Of a DNA stretch of 64,000 nucleotides, positions 53,512-64,000 are shown in pieces. The DNA comes from Psilocybe cubensis (taxonomy: Eukaryota): contig CM039003.1 in assembly GCA_017499595.2 (NCBI GenBank), positions 1,240,001 to 1,304,000 of the forward strand, in the 5' to 3' direction. A model generated the notes under the pieces. It did not search any database, was not told where the DNA came from, and was given only the letters and a program-made list of their open reading frames with translations. A program made the position numbers and the translations under genes. How positions within the stretch are numbered: position 1 is the first letter of the stretch; every line of letters begins with the position of its first letter.

Positions 53512-55604
53512 TTAAATCCCGTTGATGAGGACCAGTTCTCCCTCTGTCAAGCACACCACTACGACATCACCATCTCCTGTTTTTACACATCCGACTCCCA
53601 ACAACGCGCCACTGCTCCCGTCATCGACCTGCAGCACCGACTGCTTCGCCCACTTGTCTTTGCCGCTCTTGGATGGGCGGTAGATGTACACATTGGCTCC
53701 GCGATCGCGCAGGCTCCCGCCCTCGAACGCGAGCACACCGCGCCTCGGGATGTGGTGCGTGAACCGCGTGTCCTGCTTGGACGCCAGGACAAACGCGAGT
53801 GCGCAGTAAGTTGACGTGTGTTGCCAGGTAAACTCGGGAGCGGAGTTGGCTGGGACGAGGGAGAACACCGCTCCGTCTACGTCTTGCTTCAGGATGAGCT
53901 GCAGGTCCGCGATGGATGTTGGTGTGGTCGAACCTGGAATTGGGGTGGATAATAGCGTGATCGGCTCGTCTTCCCAGTTTTCTTTCTCTTTCTTGCCGAG
54001 CAGCGAGCTCTCGCGCGTCCATGTTGGTGTGTGGCCGTTGATGTCCACCCAGGTTGCCCACACCTTCCTGCCAACAGCTGCGTCGGCCTCTTCGTCGGCC
54101 TCGCCTTCGACAAGACTAGGCACGCCCCTTCCCAAACCCAATCCCGACGCGTCCTCGCCCGACTTGAGCGCAGCCGTGTATTTCTCGAGTGATTCGCGAA
54201 TGTGCCAAAGCTCCGATGGGTCCAGCGTCTCAGGCACCTCTGGGTTTTCTTCATCATGGGCCAAGGAGGAAGCGGCTGCAGCAAATACCTGCATCCACCT
54301 TGTACCCTCATTTTTCTTCTCCATGTGCAGAGTCAGCAATCCATATGCGTGCTCGGCTTCGCGGTCCCATGTCCAGAAACACGATGTAGTGTTCACGCTG
54401 TCCCACAGAGCCTTTGCCGAGTAGTGAGGGATGGGAGCAGGGGTGTTGTCGCTACTTTCAAGCGGGAAGGAGTCGACGTGTAGAGTTAGAGTCTGGGTTG
54501 TGAATAAAACCTTGATTTTGTTTTTCGGCGTACTGGAGGGCAGAGGGAACGCCACAGTGACAGCATCAGGTGTTTGAGTCCATGAATAAGGGTGAGGTTT
54601 TTGTGGTTTGTTCGGTTCAACATCATTCGGAGTGGTGGTAGTGGTAGCGTCGAGATTTTCGCCCGCACGCGGTATTGGCGCGATTTCGTCAGGAGTGGGC
54701 TCATAATGTTTCGCGGGGGGTTTCGCATCCGGATCGGGGTAGGTGGACCCACCAAGGATGAGGAAGGAATTGACCTGTTCGACAAAAGTAGTGAATGTGG
54801 GGACGTCCTGGCCGCGTCGATGCCATATTACTTCGAGTTTGCGCGGTTCGCTATTAGGTCTGAGGGAAAAGATGTTTATTTTCACTGCCCAAATGTCGAA
54901 CTCTGGGGTTGAATTGGATGCATTTGAAGTAACTTTCTTTGCCTCGGGGTCGTAATGTCGTGAGGAGAGTAACAAGACTGCGGTGACCGGGGAGGACCTA
55001 TAAAGGTTATGTATCCTGAACGGCGCGTCGACAGCACCGCCTGTGGGCAAGGTAAATATTCCTATAGGTTCGGAGGTCTGGTTATCACGAATGGGCAAGA
55101 CATATAGAATCCCATTTCCATCTGTTACGACCACAGTAGTTGGGCTGAGGAATACAGATGAAGGATATTCTCTCTGGATAGCTGGGACTGATGATGTATC
55201 CATTGGAGTGGCCATCTGGTAGACGATTTGGAAAGAGGGTCCTGTGATACCCTACTTTGGTATGAACAGTCGAGTAAGTATACATGGAATAGATCTCAAC
55301 CTTGATTTAGTACAAGGAAAAAAGGTTGACTCACCCCTGGCATTGGGATCCCAATCAAACATACATTGAATTCTTCGTCGACATAGATCGCCCGGCCAGT
55401 CTCACTATCAACGGTGAGATGATTGTGGGTGATGCGACTGCGCATTTCCTGGAAGGTTAAAGGCACCTTCCCTGATGCTGTGGCTTGGGTAGGTCTCCGC
55501 GATAGCTTGTATCTGGCAACTGCCTGTTCTTGATAAATGGGTTCCAGTTTATATCCTTCGAATTTTGGGTTCAAGAGAGATCTGTTGGCTTTGAATGAAT
55601 CCAT
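53512..55604 (-). CDS. NUDCD1: NudC domain-containing protein 1 (CS/p23 domain)
   Basis: RSLLNPKFEGYKL N-terminus, CS domain YSWTQTPDAVTVAFPLP, and ALAFVLASK C-terminal motif. Confidence 0.85.
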
Positions 55605-56399
55605 TTTTGTAGTAGGCAAGAATATACGTTAAGAAAGAGGCAGTAAAGCTCGAAATTTCAAGATCAAAGGTTTATAACATAGATAAAGAGTAAATCGCAG
55701 TTGATGTGATCTCGAAGGTTCTGAGAGTGATAGTAAATGTAACATTTATGACGTAACGTAAGTGTGTCACGTGAATGTTAACTTTACGAGCACGTCAGAT
55801 TTGTTCTTCACCACCACAATTGCGGTGTCCATCCCTAGGCTACTACCCAGCTTTGCAGTCGAATTCTCATAGAATCTATTCTAGTATCTGCTCTAACCTG
55901 GGGTCGAAGTATCATGCTTCCAGCCTGTGCGTTACTCTGAATTGTGCCTCTGTTACCAATCACTTGTCGAACTATGTGCGGCACATCCTTATGTTGCTGT
56001 TGGACGCGTTACCGCTCGCCTGTCGCCCTGTTTTTAGATCCATGATCCGGACAATAGGTGTCCTTCCGAATTGTTTGGATTATACTCTGCTTGGCGTGGT
56101 CCTTGCCCTGCTCGACACAGCGGGATTCGGGCAGTTGGACCGTCCCTGCGACTTGCAAATGATTTAATTGGCTAGATGGGTCAGCAGAACTCATAACCTT
56201 ACTCTGCCAACCACCGATTATGAACTAAACATCATTTGGTCACTAGCTAAACGATGATGCCATTTGTCATCCCCCAAAGTAGCACCGGAAGACACCACGC
56301 CGCAACCCTGGCAAAATCTCAAAACGCTTTATCACCCTTCTCTTCACTTTCATGACGCAGTCCGTTCCATTTCAACTTCGACGCGCCTGAAGGCAAGAA

Positions 56400-57749
56400 A
56401 TGGATCGAGACCACATCCGCATTCCCATCGAAATCGCGTTCATGGTCATAGATGAGCTGTTCTCCACAAACGAGCTCAAAACACTATTTGCCCTCTCCGA
56501 AACATGCCACGCACTGCACACACCCTCTCGACGACGCGTCTTCTCCAAAATTGCCCTCGGCATCCACGAGGAATTTCTAGAGTCTGGAATTCTCTCTCTT
56601 ACCATCTCGAGCATGGACAAATTATTCAGCAGTGCTCCTGCCGTCGCGACGTACATCCAAAAACTAATTATAAATATCACAACCAGCTCGGGCTTAGACG
56701 GCGACCTTCTCTTCCCCCTCTTACAAAAATTATGTGCGCTTACAAGCCTGCGTCTCACCTCCGAGATGGCGTGGAGTGTCCAGCTTTCGGAGAATTGGAA
56801 CGACATGAGCCCTGAGATGGAGCGTTGCGTACATCATCTTCTGCAGACACCGACACTTTTTGAACTCGAGATATACCGCCTTCAACGAATCCCTATTTTG
56901 TTGCTGTTTGCTGGCATACCCCAAGTCAGACATCTCCGTTTGCATGCATCGACAATCGCTAATCGAATACCAGAAAACCCTTGTCCAAACCGTATAACTT
57001 CACCCTTGACCTTGCTGGACGTACGAAGAAAGTCGATCAATTCCCTTCATCGTATTATATCACACCATCCAGATGTAGACCTTTCCGGCCTCAAAGAGCT
57101 CTACATCAGCTTGGAGGAAAAACAAGACATGGTGTTCCTCTCTAAATTCCTCAAAACCATTAGGTCGCTTGACCTCCTCTCTATCAACAGTATGTTCTTT
57201 CTTGAGTTCATATCCTTCGCCTTACTAACCCATTTTCGCCTTCTCTACATTCGCGTTGTTGTCCACTAAGCTACCTGCCTAACATCCGAACACACCGTCG
57301 CGGACCTAATGTCCGCCCCCTCCCTCGCACACATCCGCGTCTTGCACCTGGAATATCCAGAAGGGCGATGGAACCGCCCCGAACACCTACTCAAACAAAC
57401 CGTCGACACTCTGCTTGCGCTCCAACACAAACACGCACTGCAAAGGCTTCACATCCACATCCGGTGCCCGACACTCACACACAAGGTGAACCTCGCGGAG
57501 GGGCTTGAAAGCCTGGACGCGCTGTTGGCGGGTGACGCGTTTTGTGGGTTGAGGCGCGTCGTAATGTGTGTCGAACCAGCGTTCTACCTCGGAGCTGGAT
57601 CTGGATCTGGAGTTGGAGCTGATTCAGAGGGTTTTGTTACCACGCTGACCAGAGATGATTTACTAGTCCATCTGAGTCGGCTGAACAAGCATCCAGATAG
57701 ACACTTTACACTGGGGTTCAATTTCAAGCACGTTTCTCCCGGTGGGTAG
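56400..57749 (+). CDS. F-box-like/LRR-like hypothetical protein of an expanded Agaricomycete type
   Basis: N-terminal IPIEIAFMVIDEL…LSETCHAL (F-box-like), then Leu-rich repeats; one intron at ~57191-57270. Confidence 0.65.
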
Positions 57750-58846
57750 CATAGCAGGCTTCTGGCACATAGGCTTTCGATTAGCTTTCGAATCCAACTT
57801 TGTTAAATTTTGTAAATATGCTTTCGGGTACAATCAATCCTCTGACATCAATATCAACGTTATTGATTAATTAAATAGACGCCTGAACAACAAGCGCCGA
57901 ACCCCGGCTCATTTTGAGCCCGTTTCATATTGTTGAAAACCAGGTAATAGGACAAGCAAATTATCATTAAAGCCAATCCAATCATTGACCACTCGGTTTT
58001 TGAGTATGGCTACAAATATATAAACGAAAAGAGAGGCAAAATCGAACAGAGGAGAGAGAGAGGGGAAGAACAAAAAGAATTATATGTGGTACATACAACA
58101 ATCATTATCATCAGAATCCATTCAATTTCGTTACTGTAATTGTTATTGTTACTGTTTGCTACGTATGAATGAGTAGGAATGGACTGGAGAGGTGGGTTAC
58201 AGTTACATTCATCTACAACAATCTCTGAGTACACATGTACATGTACAAATCATTGAAGCATCTGCGATTCAGGGTTCGCTAATCGACGTGTGGAGTGTGG
58301 AGTATTGGGTTTAATTTGAATAACAGGCAAGCGTAAAGATGTGTGTGTGTGTGGGAGGTGATTCAATGGGAGAACGTATAAGATATTAATCGAACTTGTG
58401 TGTCTGTGTCGGCGTTTGTAAACCTTGGCCAGACGTCGGATGGTGGAATATTGATGCTACGATGAGTGTGCATGTGCATGGAATTAACATGGATTGGCAT
58501 GGGATTGGATAAACAAATTGTACATGGATGTGTTGGATTGGGTTGTTGGGTTTGTTGGGGTTGATTGATTTGGTTTGGTTTCTCCGGACATGCTCGCTCC
58601 AATTTACAAGCGAGCGAGCGAGTGTGTAGTAGTAAACAACATTAGAAAAAAGAAAAGAGAGAGAGAAAAGAAAAAAAAAAAGGAGCGGAAGAGAACAGCA
58701 TGTGGGAGGGAAGTGAGCAAAAAATGCAAAAATGCAGAGCCAAAGCGAACAAGAACAATGAACCAAAAAAAAAGAAAGGAGGGGAGAAGGAAAGAAAAAA
58801 ACACCAGCGTCTCCAAATTTCCTTCTTGATCTCTCTTTTTCTTCTT

Positions 58847-60789
58847 TCAAGCTCGTGCACTTCTCCATGCGCTCTGCATCGCGATCCGTCGGGCCTGTAT
58901 TTCATAATGAGATTGTCAGATAACGCAAACCTCGTCTCCAAAGAAAAAAAAAAGACGAAATGCCGCACCTGATCCAACGATATCGAATCCTCCCTCAACT
59001 CAATCTTCTGCCTCCCATCGTCCTCGTCCTCATCCTCATCATCAAACGCACTCCTCCCCGCGCCTATCCGCATCCCACCAAACGCCGCCTTGCCACCCGC
59101 GAGCGAGAACGGCGTCGACGCAACAGCCGTCCCAAACACACTCGCCGACTTGGGCGCCCCGAACGCCGCAAAGTCTGTCACGACCTTGCGCGGCGGCGAC
59201 GCTGGCGGCACTGCGCCTGATTTGATGGGCGACGACGGCACGCTCGCCCGCGTAATCGATGGCGATGAGTACGATGGGCTGCTGTACGATGTGTATGAGG
59301 ACCGGCTGAGGTTATGCCGCATTTGCAGGTATTTCTCTGTGAATCGCGTGCCGTGTACCTAAAACGAATTCAAATGTTACACGAGTCAGACCCAGAGTAA
59401 GAGTAGAAGAAAAAGAAGAAAGGAAACGTGGTCGCCACGCACCCGCTTAAGCAACGGCCTCGCATCTTCCAACGTCGGCGCCTGGGTGAACACGGCGACA
59501 TTATGCTTCGCCTCCGCCGATTCCTTGTATATGCTCTCAATCACGACCTTCTTCGTGCTCTCGTTCCTCAGCAGCAGCTTCTCATGCAGCTCGCGCGCAA
59601 CGTCGTCGACGCTCTCGTTGTTGCCCAGGATGCGCTGCGCGACCGCCGCGCCGACCTCGCGCACGAGGCGCTCCATGTCCAAGTTCTCGAGCACGCTGCC
59701 GACAATCGCGTGCGTCAGCAGGTCCGCGGTTGTCAGTGGGAGCATCAGCCCTGAGGTGATAGTCGTAATCGCCTGATAGAAATCAGTCGCATACTGTATT
59801 TGAAAACCATTGCGTGAGTCAAGTGTACGTCAAATACGTATATAGCATTCATGGAGTGGCGGGGTTTATTTATAAGTGTCTTGGAGAGGGGAGGACTTAC
59901 GGAGTATCCACTGAGCGCAGGCTCGCAGGCGACGAAGAACTGCAGAATAGAGTGTTTGTTAGTGAGATCGTGCAATATCAGATATTATCCAGAAATGACT
60001 TGCCAGAGTGATCCCCTTCTGCGCCATCGCTCTCGCCAACTGCAATGGATCATGTCCATCAGGCGACCCATCGTCAAAGCCTTCACAAAAGCAAAACATG
60101 ATTCAATCGTCCGCAAACGAAACAACAACAAAAAAAGACGCACCATCACCGTACTCCCCAATGCCATGGGGCGGCGCATCCGCAATAAGCACGACCATCT
60201 TACTCGCATACTCCCTCCACTCCATATTCAGTGCCTCCGCAAGGGCAGCCGTAACCGCCTCCGGCCCATCCCCGCCCCCACTCGCATACAGCGTGGACAG
60301 ATGCTTATGCACCTGGCTGATATCCGACGAGAAGCCAAAGTTCTTCGTGATGTACGTGTGGTCCTGCGGCGGGTGGTCGCGGAACGCAACGAGGCCGACG
60401 CGCAGGTCCTCCGCGCTCTGCAGCCGCCCCGACTCGAAGATGTGCGCGCAGATCGCCTCGATGTTCTTCGTTGCGGACGAGATGTACGTCCCTTGGCTCC
60501 CCGTGCAGTCTTGCACGAACACGAGATCTCTGTGTGATTTGCGAGATGCGAGATGGGATTTGGGATTTCAGATGTGATATGTAGGATTGTGCATGCGGTG
60601 TAGAGGTAAGAGAGATTCATGTATGTGAGCTTTCAGGTATGCAGATGCGATGAGAGAGAAAAAGGGTACTTGCAGTTGTTTCCGGGTCGGATCGCCCTGC
60701 GGGTTGGCAGTCGGCGCAGGCTGCTCTTGAAACGCAGGCTGCAAGCCATACCCCGATGAAGCATCCATACTCATATCCTCATCCATCAT
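58847..60789 (-). CDS. von Willebrand factor A domain protein
   Basis: MIDAS-like FVQDCTGSQ, VGLVAFRDHPPQ, ASGGGDGPEAV and LIADAPPHG. Confidence 0.88.
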
Positions 60790-61303
60790 AAACACAAGCT
60801 AGCAATCGTCGTTCAAATACCCAAAATCGCAATCTATCTGTGTCTGTTTACGTCGTTTCGTATTAGGGTCGCAGTATTAGTTTTGAGAGGAAAGTCGTCG
60901 TTCGTACCCCAAAGCCCAAGGTCAAAGTAGCAGAACAAGAGGCAGATCAATATCGATGAACACGAGCCTCCAGGGGGAGAGAATGGGAAAAAAAGGGGGG
61001 CGGCGGCGATGGGGGGTTACTTACAGCTCAGGGACCTTTTAGATCCAAAGCAGGTTTGCACAAATCGAGGGACAGAAAAGGCCACGAGTTTCTGTCCAGA
61101 TTCGGATCTTACACATCGGCTTTCGGATTTTGCCACCTAATCTTTTCCTTTTCCAGCCACACTTCAGTGACTTCAACCCCCTTTGAACCTTCCCTTCATC
61201 TCGCTATTTTTATTTTGACACACAAAATATAACTTTTTGTCGTCACTTCACTGTTTTTAAATCCCAAATGCAAATCATCTAACCACCGTCTACCGAATAT
61301 CAT

Positions 61304-64000
<2,697 letters not shown>

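Overview
Eukaryotic DNA from a basidiomycete fungus, most likely an Agaricomycete: short GT-AG introns with CTRAC branch points, and microsatellite-rich intergenic DNA. The left ~13-14 kb is a large Helitron-type rolling-circle element truncated by the window edge. It encodes an intronless RepHel (HUH endonuclease + PIF1 helicase) on the minus strand, broken by one +1 frameshift. Beside it lie two fully spliceable, intact genes of unknown function: a 16-exon, 829-aa gene whose first 13 introns are all phase 2, and a divergent 5-exon, 299-aa gene. Both have OB-fold/SSB-like C-terminal patterns (inference). The rest is ordinary host genome: an RGS-domain membrane protein, a CodA-like amidohydrolase with a 346-bp CACTA-like foldback MITE upstream, SOK1/TCP11, VMA2, tubulin cofactor D, BUD22, a Zn-finger protein, a microexon-rich sugar porter, PP2C, NudCD1, an F-box-like protein, a vWA protein and Miro/GEM1 (truncated at the right edge). 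Gene models were spliced by eye; no database searches were run.
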